From assembly GCA_037447605.1 (NCBI GenBank), contig CM074807.1, positions 1,178,001 through 1,242,000 on the forward strand: 64,000 nucleotides of DNA, read 5' to 3'. The stretch comes from Zygnema circumcarinatum SAG 698-1b (lineage: Eukaryota > Plantae > Zygnematophyceae). The position numbers were made by a program, and so were the translations under genes. Below the pieces are notes generated by a model. That model searched no databases. It saw only the letters and a program-made list of their open reading frames with translations, and was not told the origin of the DNA. Below are positions 1-11,397 of this stretch, one piece after another (within the stretch, counting starts at the first letter, position 1; every line of letters begins with the position of its first letter).

Positions 1-1332
1 CAGACGCGTCCGCTCCAAAGTACAGTACTTGCCTCGGGCCGTCTTGGAAGTCACGGCAGTGCCACTGCCAGGACCTCCCGGCGGCGGCTTGCGCGACATG
101 TCGGCCTTGCAGGGGGTGGCGCCGCCTTGTCTGGACCTTCCCGGGGTAAGCTGGCGCACCTCCTGTTGGATTATATGTGCAGGATGAGCTGGATGAAAAG
201 CTTTTCGAGGCGATGAGGGCGGTGCTTTGCAGCAGCTTTTGGCGCCACTTTTGATTTTGGGAATCCAAGCTTTTGTGTGTCGAGATTTGGAGGGAGGACT
301 CAATTTCGGTTAAGAACAGGAAACATGTTAAATTTGGAAGGGGCCTGAGGTTTTTATGAAGGTGTGAGAGGATCGGGTCTTAAGGGTGGCCTTTGTTCTA
401 GTGTTGCTGCTTCCAGGACGGACGAAGAAGTCTGATATGAGAAGTCTGATATGAGACGTAGACAGAGCTAATATTGGCTCGTTTTGAAGGGGTTAACATA
501 GTATATCTGCTAATAGAGTCGCTGTTGCGATTTAAAGGTGTGTGGAATCATCTCAGGTGAGACAAATGAAAATAATATGAACTTTGCTAGCCTGCATGAT
601 GGCGAGGAAGAACTTCCATACTGTTTGAAGTTTGTTTGTTTTGGCCGCCTCTGGTTGTCGAGCTGCTTGCTTGGTTTTGTAGTATTTTCTACAACTGTTC
701 GTGTGAATGTTGTTTAGTTCTCTTCATTCATCTCTGGCTAGGAGAAATCTGATAACTATTCAAATGATTCTACGCAGTCGATTTTTGAAGACAGTTGTGT
801 GCATGCTCCAGAAATGTTTCAATTTTGGCTGGCAATGAGTGTTTTTTATCATTGATCGTGCAGATATAACTTCTTTATCATTCATAGAAAAGGTGGAACC
901 TCATCTGACCGAAGCAGTTGTCTGACGGGAATGTTTGATATTATTTGTGAGGCAGACGACATGGTAAGAACCTGGACTAAACAATTTTTGGCATCAGAAA
1001 AACATACCGTGAAGCCGTTTGAAGCACACTTTCAAATCGTTCCCTACTCTGCAGAGACCAGAGATATCAGTGAACTAGGATTGGCTTGCTTGAATGTAAG
1101 TGCAGATCGCGCGTCCTATGTCATGCAATACCAGTCACTTGGAAACATACCGTTGGATGTCCTGCAATATTGATCACTTTGGCTCTCGTACAGGCCAAGC
1201 AATTTGGAAAAGGTGGCATCGAAAAGGAGCCCGATTTTGCTGCAGAAGGAGCATACAACAAAAACATTAAACAAGATGTGAAGGAGGATTCTGCGGAGAC
1301 GTATACGAGTTATAAGCAAGCGGTGGTGAAAT

Positions 1333-1843
1333 TTGTCGATCCTCAAGTTCGACTGCTTGCTGAAGAACCTCAGCAAACTACCTTGCGTTCTTCAGAAGAT
1401 ATTGTGCGAAAATTCAGCGATGGCCCACCTTTTCCAGATGCGACCGGAAAAGGGAGCACACGCCTCCGTAGGAAACGATGTGCAGGTGACACGTGTGCAC
1501 ATTGCAGCAGGTCAAGGGCACTTGGATGCCCTCAATGTATGATGCGTGTAGCACATCTGTATTCCCTAGACATGTTAATTCCCTCAAGGCTCAAGCACAA
1601 GAAGTAACATCAATGTACAAATTGGCGTGAACATGTTCAAAAGTGGAGAGCCGCAACAAGCTATTGACGCAAAGTAACAACTATCTGTTCTTTGCAGGCT
1701 CTTCTTGTTAGGGAGCCCTCAGCTGCCAATGCTATTGCAGCGACTAGAGATACTCCTCTACTCTGGCCAGTTCGAAATAATCAATTTAATCGTGTTAAGC
1801 TTCTTCTATCTTATGGTGCTGACAAAGGGACACTTAATCTAAG
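1333..1843 (+). pseudogene. Ankyrin-repeat gene fragment, diverged or degraded
   Basis: The segment ending at a GT donor at 1537 reads ...EKGAHASVGNDVQVTRVHIAAGQGHLDALN. It joins exon 1698-1843 (AG/GT bounded), ALLVREPSAANAIAATRDTPLLWPVRNNQFNRVKLLLSYGADKGTLN, giving two ankyrin-like repeats with degenerate TPLH motifs. No clean start, and upstream frames are discontinuous. Confidence 0.5.
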
Positions 1844-3753
1844 GTAAGTCACTTCGAATGTGTCGCAACTTGCAGTTTCTCCCGCGCTAGTGAATCTGTT
1901 TGGCTGTACGTCAGCTTGTCTTCATGATTGTTCCCCTTGTAAATTGACGTATGATGGTGCTCAGGGGTGAACGCATGTCAATCGATTTGGATCACACGGG
2001 CTGACTAAACCAGAGGGGGGTAGAGTTAACGTACCTGTGTCTCATGAATTTTCTAATTCTTCTCACTAATTTTATTTATTTGCAGAAAGCAAATGCCTAT
2101 TTTCTTATAGATTTTTTTTTTTTTTGCCTATTTTTTTTTTCTATTTTTCGATAATGCGAGAAATTCTGGAGGAAAGTGCAGGAATCGGTGCGCGTTTGAG
2201 TAATCTTACCCAATCCGTTGCATTTAAAGATTTCGCGCTGCGCCCAACTCTTATACCACTGCAAATAAACTGATATATTCATTGGCGATAGTGAACATGA
2301 GCAACACCACTGCTCTCAAACCCCACTTGGGAACATGTTTATTACCGCTTGCTATCCCAAACCAGCTTCAGAACACTGAGTTGAAATGTGTTGTCCTACG
2401 AAAGTGCAGGTTCTCAACATATGTCGGAAGATTTTATGGATTCCTTGATTTCGCTGAAGATAAAGAAGACTCGAATTGGTGGCGTTGATGTTGAATTTAA
2501 GTGCATTCCGGCTCCCTTTTCCTCCTCATCTCTTTCCACTTTTCCTGTTCTCTCCCTCTTTTGCTGGCTTTCTCTGTTGGTGAATAGTATCAGAATTGAC
2601 GACTTGGTCCTTTCACTGTGCAGTCCATCGTTGAGTGGAGCAAGTACTAGGACATTTCTACTCAAGACAGAACTCTGTCGATACTTCACGATGATTGGAG
2701 GGTATGTCGCTTGAAATGATGTACAAGCTTGTAGCTTGACATTCTGATTCGTCAATTGATTTAGTGCAGACTGCGTGGTGTGACGTATGTTATTCTTCTG
2801 CTCTGCTTCGTTGGCATTTCCCCCCCTGTTTTTTTTTGGAAATCCTGAAATGTTCTATTTTCTAAGGGGTTTATGTGCATCCTTTTGCAGATGCATTAGA
2901 GGGGATTCTTGCTTTTTTGCTTATGGTGAAAAGGAACTGGTGTGTATACCTCGCAGTCCACTGAAAGAGATCAAGTCGGCATCTGCAGCTAACACAGAGA
3001 CTGCAAGACAAAGGTATGCTGCAGGTTGAACTTTATTTGGTTTGCTGGTTTCGTTTGTGAACTGGAAGTACATGTAGACAGTTTTGAGCTTCACTGAAAT
3101 TTACAACGTTCATGTTTCGCATAGGTGATTTCTGAGGAGATGGGAGAGAAAATCTTCGTCGGAGGACTATCTCCTTCTATAGAGTCAGGTATAAATTCCG
3201 CTATTAGGGGGTTTCAATCCTAAAAACAGCGCTGGAAATGGCCGTTTTCGTGCTGAATCTGGACCGGATGTGTCGGATATTCATTTCTTATCATCGACGC
3301 TGATGGATTCTTAAGATTGGAACCCTCTTGTTTTAAACGCCTTACTACCGATCGTTGCACGACATCTGCAGGATGAAGATCGTGCCTGTCGGAAGGGGCT
3401 GGTCCTGTTGCCATATCGTAATTTTTCATTCCATGGAGCTAACAGATAAATAGGTGACAACGGCGGGTTGCATACTTTCTTTTTTTGGTAGCGAAAGGAG
3501 CATAAGCAACAAGTTCTTTCGAATAGTTCAGTGCACCGTGGACAATTCTGACTTGGGAAGTTAGATCTGTATCTGGATGCAGCTCGTTGTTCACAATTTA
3601 TGTAAGAAGCCGGAACGACCAGAGTTTTCAAAAATTCGTTGGTGGACAAAAGGGGAACGTATGTTGCTGCTGCAAATGGGGAATGTTACGGTGCTTCCTT
3701 GGAAAATTCTTTTGTACCCGGCTTGCTTGACGGTCAGGAGGACGAAGCTTCGC

Positions 3754-4660
3754 TAAGCACGGTTAATGTTGCATGCATGTGCATGTACATGCCCATAAAT
3801 GAATCTCGTAAGTGCATTACACTGCACATACCTGAATAACCTCTTTGTAGCAGAGAATCCGATGGCCGCATGGCAGAGCGGTCCAAAGGGCGCGCAAACG
3901 CAAAAATTCATTGTTCTCGAGCAGCATGAACCTTTAACGAGAACAGGACCCCGGCCCGTTCATTGAGAATGGCCTTTCAAGACTCTTCTCTTACACATTT
4001 TGGAGGTATTCGTCCGGGAGTTGACTTATGGACCAGTCCACTTTGGCGCTTTCCAAATGGCGAAGGTCTGATTGAGCAAGTGCTCAATCTGCAGCCTATG
4101 AGAGCTGTTGAGAGGCCTCCTCCTCGAAGGACTCCGCGGCGAGTACGTTGCATGCCCTTTCTATCCGATTAAATAGTTAAACTATTGGGATCAGCTATTT
4201 CCTGTACAACAATTTGGATGGAAATTACATCATTCAAAAATAAATGGGTTGAGTGTGGAAACCAACATCGTGCTTTTAGCTCAACTGTGCGAAGTTTGCA
4301 TTGCAGGATTTGTCTGGCAATAATGTGATGCCACCTGTCCGCCCCCCAACTGGTTTGGCTCTATACCGCCACAGGCTGTGATCCCACCCTTCCATCCGGA
4401 GTTCGGCCCAAGAGCCCGGCCATTCGTCCCAATGGGCAATGCCATGGAGGGGAACACATGCGCTTACGGCTGTGCAAGGCGCGCCCTTTGGACCGTTTTG
4501 CCATGCGACTATCGTATTCTTTGCACTGTCTGCAAAGAGGTTATTCAAGGTTATGCAAAGAGGTTATTCAAGGTTATTCAGGTACGTGTAGTGTTATGCA
4601 CTTGAAGAGATTCATTTATGGGCATGTATATGGACATGCAAGCAACATTGGCTGTGCTTA
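3754..4660. mobile_element. Non-autonomous foldback/MITE-like element with long terminal inverted repeats
   Basis: 3754-3895 is the reverse complement of 4479-4660 with scattered substitutions (e.g. TAAGCAC..AATGTTGC, CATAAATGAATCTC, TACCTGAATAACCT, CGGTCCAAAGGGCGCGC). The right arm carries extra local duplications. Both ends are TA; no longer TSD is seen. Confidence 0.75.
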
Positions 4661-4861
4661 CATGTGGATAGGCATGGGCATACTCATGGTCATGGCCATG
4701 GCTCCCGCAATCGAAGCTAAAACTTTTGTTTCGGCAATTGTAGAAGTATGCCACCAAATGTCATCAAGCGAATGATTGAGCATCATGTTTAAGCAGTTGA
4801 TCTGTACATTATTGCCTGCACGTGTGACAGCACCAGCTTGGGCCATCCAACTTCAGTTGCT

Positions 4862-4931
4862 TCTCGTGCAAGTGCGCAGTGTTGCCTCTCTTGCAAGTGC
4901 GCGGTGTTGACTCTCCTGCAAGTGCACGGTG
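4862..4931. repeat. 25-bp tandem repeat, about 3 copies
   Basis: TGCAAGTGC(G/A)C(A/G)GTG recurs at 4867, 4892 and 4917. Confidence 0.8.
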
Positions 4932-5160
4932 GGTCGTTTGGCCATTATCCACTGGTGTTTGCATGTTCGATCGTCCTAACTGGAGATCGGGGAGGGGTGG
5001 CACACATCCAAAGGGGCTTTGGAGAGAGACTTGCTGAGGAATTTGTGCAGGCTAAGTCTGAGGCCTGCAACAAAGGGCCAAATTTCCATGGATTATCAAA
5101 GAATTTTGCAATTTTAATTGGATTTGTTATGTACATATGTTGGATATGATAGTGTTGTAG

Positions 5161-8100
5161 GTCAAGCTGTTGGGGTCGTTGGAGGTTCGATCTTTGGTCC
5201 AGAATTTGGACAGTAGTAAGTAACTTTTGACCTTTACGTTGAGAAGCTCCAGAGTCTCCGATTAAAATTGCAAAATTCTCTCATAATTCAACTGATGTTT
5301 GGCGGTTAGATCTGGAGGGATTGTTCAGTTCAACAAATGCGAGGTTTTGGTGTATATGGATGAGAGCAAGAAGCCGGACGAGGAAGTGGGTCTCAACAAG
5401 CCGGCTCAAGTCACTCTGCTACAAGTGAAGTGTTTTGACAAGGCAGCTGGACAAGCGGTAAGATAGGCATTTATTCTTAAAAACTATTGCCATTTATCCT
5501 TGGAAACTGGCGTGAATATGTCTAGCAGTTTCGGGTGATCAACTGCAAAGTTGCTGAGAACCTATGCTAGTTGTTTAATTTGACTGGTTAGCAGAATTCT
5601 ATTGAATTGAGCTGACAGGAAATTTTAGGGATCTTCGTGCTGTTTGTTCACCTGAAATTGGTATATCAGAGTATTTAATCACGCAAGATTGTGTGTCCAT
5701 TGTCCAGTAAAAGTGTTAAGAAGAGATGCAACCCTAGTGAAGTTTCCCTATTTTTGGATTTCTTACATTTGACAGTTTCACATAGTTTTTTCTAATTTCT
5801 CAAAGTATTGGACTGAACATGTGAAAGCAAGCGACAGATAGACCGACAGTGGAAAACTTCGAAAAGCGATTGCGAGCAAAGGCAGAAGGACAAAATGTCG
5901 TTTTTGTCTCCTACGATCTTGTAAAAGCAAAAGAGAAATTCAATGCGGAGCATTTCAGCAAGTATGGATTTTACGATGAAGAAGATGAGAATGCGAATCA
6001 TGAGGTGGCTGGTAGAATAGGAGGCAACCAGCAAGTTGAATCAATGGATGGAATGCAGGAAGAAACCCTTCCATTTGGTGATGGTTTCGCAGTTGGAAGA
6101 AGGAAGAAGGCTTGGAAATTGCGGTTTCTGCAGGGGAGGAAGAGGAGATGCAGGATGATATGCAGAATAATTTAGGAGGGAGAATGGTAGAGAGAGGTGC
6201 TATTTCACGCCATGGCTCACTCCTGCATGCTCTCCCAACTCATCTTCGACTCGATCCGCTCAAACTCCTACATATGCGAAGTGCTTTGTTATCAGAGGAG
6301 GACAATATTGAGACCACTGAGGAGAATATTGCACAGAAATATCTCCAAGATAAAGACCCAAAAGTGGTGTCGGAAAAATCCCCATTTGACATTCTGAAAA
6401 AGGAGGTACCCATTCGAAAGGGGAAGGCCTGGATAACCCCGGAAAAGGTCAATTTATGGCAGCAAAAAGGTGCGTTGAATGTGGGGATTAAGTCTCTGAG
6501 TCTGAATCGACGTGGGCTGCAGAACTTCCCTTTGGCAGATTCCATCACTAGTTCGCTCTTAACTTGGCCAAGCTGGACTAAGCTTAAGCTTAGCTTAGCT
6601 TGGCTTAGACTTAAGCTTGGCTTGGCCCAGCGCTTTCAAAAAAGCCTTGAAATGCTCCGTATAATGTTCTGCGATTTCCTAAAGTGATCTTTGGGGAGGA
6701 TTCTGCTGTTTCAACTGTTCTAGGAAGGGAAAATCAGGAGGCTGATACAGGCCTTTTTTTTGGAAGGTCTTTTAGAGTGGGATGGGGCCCGAATGGGGTT
6801 TTTGCGCATTGGGGAATGCGAGCGGGGGCCAGTGATAAGAATGTAAAAGGGGGGTTTCCAAAAATCATTATTCAGAAAGTGGCTTTTGATCAGTCAATAC
6901 GTGATAGCAGCGGAGTGGTGAAAAAGGAGCTTGTGCAGACTCGGTTTGTGAATCCGTTACTGTTACATCAGGAGCTCAGTTACACTGAAACTGTGAACAG
7001 TTCAAGCATCCTGCTTGAGCTCGAGAGTGCATTGCAGCTGAGGAAGGTTAAATGCAGTCAAGTCATGCTGTTGATATCTGCAACAAGTACAAGATTCTCG
7101 CGAAAAGCATGCAAGAACTGACAGGAATTTCCGCTCCCACTGCCCTTCTCTCCTAACACCAACAGATAGTGTGGGAGTTGACAAAAATTCTCTTCACAGA
7201 CTGGGAGAATGCAAGGCCATTCGATTCGATTCAATTTCGTGAATGGACTGGGGCAACCATCACAGGGAACTCCTCTGCAGGAGGCTGATGTGGAAGATGG
7301 AGAGAACATGGAAGACAGGGAGGATTTGGACCCTATTGATGGGTCGGAAGAGGCTGCTGAAGGTACAATAGTTGTACCATGAGACGATGAAGATGCTGGA
7401 GATCAGACTTTCATGGAGGATTTTGTGGAACCCTAGGTTTTTCTTCCTCTTTCTTCAGAAGGAGGCGAATACAGAAAGAGTACTATTGGGCGTGAGGCAG
7501 CTCTTTTTATTCATAGAGCGAGTATAAGTCGGTGGATTGAAGAGAATGTGGAACACCTTGTTGAGAGTGACTTGCACAATCTTTCTGAAGTGGATGATTT
7601 CGAGGCTATCTTCTTCCATCTAACTGGGCATCAGTACGAGCCGGCAGTTGTGAAGGCTATTTTTGTTAGAGGGGATGTACGGCTGGGCCTTCTTCTCTCT
7701 GAGGGAGTAATTTCATCCATAACTCAAGCAGACATGAATGAGCAAATCGTGCAGTGCAGTGCAAACCAATACAGATGTTCAAATGCTCCTTTCTTTCATA
7801 GACATGTCTATTTGAGTGCTTTCTCTTTTTTCTTACATACTGTGAATTGTACTTTGACTGGCCCTAGCTTTAATTGAAACTCCTCATCATACTGCTCTGC
7901 TCGTTTAACTTTCACCTGTTTAAATATCGTAAATAGCTTCTCACTTATCTTCCTCTTACCCTTACTTGTTTACATTTCCTAAATCACCTATCTTCCTTGT
8001 TGCTTTACTTGTTTCAATGTTGTAAATGGATTCCTCTCACCTATCTGTCCCCTCCTTGTTTATTTATAGGCTGTAGGAGCTATTGCCCTGCATATGGACT

Positions 8101-9754
8101 TTGCCTCTCAGCTGCTTGTAACTGGCCAGTGCCACCTGGCATTATATGTCATACTTCACATGCCGGAAGGAAGGAAGGGCGGAAAAAAGGAATGCATGAG
8201 GCTGTAATGCGCGAAATTTTGACCCTTTACTGCCCGAAAGGGAGCGCATCTGTAGAGCAGAGAGAATTTCTGCAAAATTTGCTCTGCCTGCCTGTGAAGT
8301 GGCTTCACGGAGCGGAGGTAAAAAAGACCATATTGTTATCATAGCAAGCCGTGGAAGCATCATATTGTGAAGGGTGGGAGAATGAAATGGGATGACTCAA
8401 AACTCTCAAAAGCTGTCGAATCAATTGGCAGATTCTCTGCATTTTGAATGCGGATCTCTGAGTTTGTTCTGTAGAGTGAGAGAGAGAGAGAGGGAGAGGG
8501 AGAGGGAGCGACTGGCAGAGAGATTTACCCCCTTTCTTGATGACGATGACTTAAGATGATTGAGATGTGGGGTGCAAGCTGTGTATTGTCGCTATCGGGG
8601 AGAGAAGGAGAGGGAGTTCGAGCATCTGTTGGGCAGCGAACAGTGGCAGGAAGCACATGAATTACTTCTGCACTCAGTTTGGGCTCAGATGATCCTGCAA
8701 GGTATTACTTCATATGCCTTGTGTAAGAAAAGTACAAAGAAAAAAAAAATAGTGAAAGAGGAAAAATAAATGGTAGTGAGTTAGGGTTAGCCACTGACTG
8801 AATTGTCTGCTTGCAATTTTCAGGCTTCGCCTTTCCAACCCTCTCTCAATCCCCCCCCCAGCAAGATGCTTTCAAAGGACGATTTTATAGCGGAGGAACT
8901 TTAAGCAGTATGAAACCATTATGTGATGAATATGTGTTTGTATGTATGTAGATATGCTGAATTCATTGAAGCACTGAATGTTTTTTTTTTTTTTGGCTTT
9001 GTGGAACAGGGAGGGAGAAAGAAGCCCGTAATCATGCACATGAAAAACATGCTTGAAACGAACGATCTTTTTAAGGAGGAGCAGGTAACCTTGCCCATCC
9101 TTCTCCCTCTCTCCCTTTCTCCTAAATGTATATATATATATGGAAATAAAAGCGAAAGAACGCTTCAGGCAATGTTGTTGCAGTTCCCTCTGCTGTCATC
9201 CAGGAACTTCCAACTTTTTTCTTTTGCTTTCGTTCCTCACTGTTTCCCTTCCTTCCTCCATTTCGTTTTTGTCCATGTTCCTTTCGGTCTGTTTTATTTG
9301 AATGTGTTGCTCATTGAGCAGTGAGGGTGGACGAGAGAGCGACACGATAACATAAGTGAATGCTGGTCCATGAGCTGTACAAACGTATTCCAGAGTTTGC
9401 ATTTGTTCCCATTAATGTGAGTGTATGGCGAATGTTAACNNNNNNNNNNCTCTTCCCCCGCCCTCTTCCCCCCCCCCCCCCTCTCCCTCTACCCTTCCCC
9501 CCCTCTCCCCCCTCTCCTTCTCCACCTCCCCCTCTCCTCCCTCTCCCCCTCCTTCCCCTCTGCCCCCTCCCACCCTCGCCCCCTCTCTGACTGACTATAT
9601 ATCTGACTATCTATCTGCTGTCTGCCCGTGGAACCCTTCCTGCAGGGCAATCTTCACCGTCTATGTGGACGAAATCTCGAGCCGGTTGATCAGCAGCGCC
9701 TCCTCCCCCTCTCCCTCAGGCGGCGCCGAAGAGAAGCATTCGTTGGCTGGATGA
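5161..9754 (+). pseudogene. NUP96: Nup98-autopeptidase/Nup96 (MOS3/SAR3-like) nucleoporin relic
   Basis: Autopeptidase pieces: [29 protein letters not shown] (5310-5457) and FNAEHFSKYG, with the HFS cleavage motif at 5951-5959. Nup96 pieces follow: LPTHLRLDP, DTGLFFGRSFRVGWGPNGVF, HLTGHQ..RGDVRLGLLLS, EILTLYC..QREFL..LPVKWLH, EQWQEAHELL. Frameshifts not explained by introns occur near 5318, 6100, 6685 and 8180, plus a stop after 7118. Confidence 0.75.
9450..9590. repeat. Polypyrimidine (C/T) tract next to an assembly gap
   Basis: C-rich low-complexity run directly after 10 Ns at 9440-9449. Confidence 0.9.
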
Positions 9755-11397
9755 CCGATATTACGGCGGCTCAGGCAGTCAGTCTGTCAGTCATGGCGCT
9801 AAACTAACTCCAAGGGAACGGCTAACTTGATGTAAGGTTTTGGAGACACTCTAAAATTGTGGGGAACTCTTCCACTGTTTAGGGTTCAGGGGCCATGAAG
9901 GGAGGAAGGGGCCATTTTGATGCAGGCGAGTGGTAGGGTGCGGAAAAGATGGAGCGGAGTTTGACAACAGCAAAAATAAATAAATAAATACACTTGAAAA
10001 CAAAATCTTGAAGGATCTTTATGTTCAATTACATCAACTCCCGCTGCTTCCTTAACTAAGCCGAAACAAAACATTATTACACAACTTGAAAATTGGATAA
10101 TATGAACTCTTGCAGAACTTGGCGTCCATGCTTTTACAACTCAAGGTAAAGTAGGCATCCGGGTTAAAAACAGGCGAAATATTTACCTTATTTTTCACAA
10201 AGCTGCATGAAGAATTGCTTAATTTTCTTCAAATAAACTTGTTATTTCGTACCGTGCTCAAGCCATTGCTCGACAGCGACCGACAAGGACCGTCTCCGCT
10301 GTACTATACCGTACAGTCTCGTACAGTACGAGCAAGGAACCCAAACCGTACGATGTCCCACATCGACGGCTGCGATCCACTGCCAGTCCTGGTACGGTAC
10401 GGACCATACGGCTCGTACGGCCTGCACTCCCTCCCTCCCTCCCTCCCTCCCCGTCCGGTCACTCTCACTGGCCTGCTCTGCCCTGTTCTTTGCTGCAAAG
10501 CAAGCGCCTCGTTGCAGTGGAGTACTCGGGTACTCTGTTCTGCAAAGGGCAGGGCAGGACAGGTTGAAATAACAGGGCGGCTATCCGGGGGTTGTTTTGA
10601 AGGTAAGGAGGTGGCAGTGGGGAATGATCAGGAGGAGGATAAAAGGAAGAAGTCTTGGAAAATGCACCTGGCGATTGCTTGTGTTGTCTCTTGCTCGGGT
10701 GTAGTTCAGGTGCTCATCTGTCAGGAGACCTTAAGTATGGCAGTTTATTGGTGATGGCTTGTCGGGCGTTGTCGAGGATTGGATGGGTCTGGATCGCAAT
10801 ATCGGCACTGCTCTGCAAGGGATGGTAGTCGAGCTTCTCAGTCAAAAAACTAGTAGAGATTACTTTGGAAAGCCCCAACAATCACGATTTTATCTTGCAT
10901 TTGCTTCTTACTTCTGTTCCTTGGACGACATTAGCCAGGCTTCGGACCTTGGTTTTATCGCTTAATATCCTTTCGCAAGCGCGTACTCTTTCCAGCATCT
11001 TGCAGATTAAGGAGAGTTATTTTTTTTTTGTAGGATTACGTTGCTGTTCAACGTTAACTTATCTCTTCAATGTGTGAGAGGCTAGGTATTGATCGGTGTT
11101 AACCATTTCCTGGAGATTTTTTTGTTATGTCACTCCTAAAGCGCTCAACAAGAGATCCCTTTTCTGACGTGCAGACTATTAGAAGCCGTCAGAGTAGTGT
11201 TATGTAACTATTCTGTGATGACGATGCCCATTACCTTCATAAAAGGCAGGGATAGGTCCGTTTGCTCGCTGCGTTTCTGTCATGCCTAGACTTTGTATTG
11301 TGGGAGTTCGTGGATCCATTTATTTCAGGTTTGGTGTCCTTTTGAACCGATTTCAGCCGTTTTTGTTTGCAGTGCTGGGCTCTCAAGTTGGAGCGTC

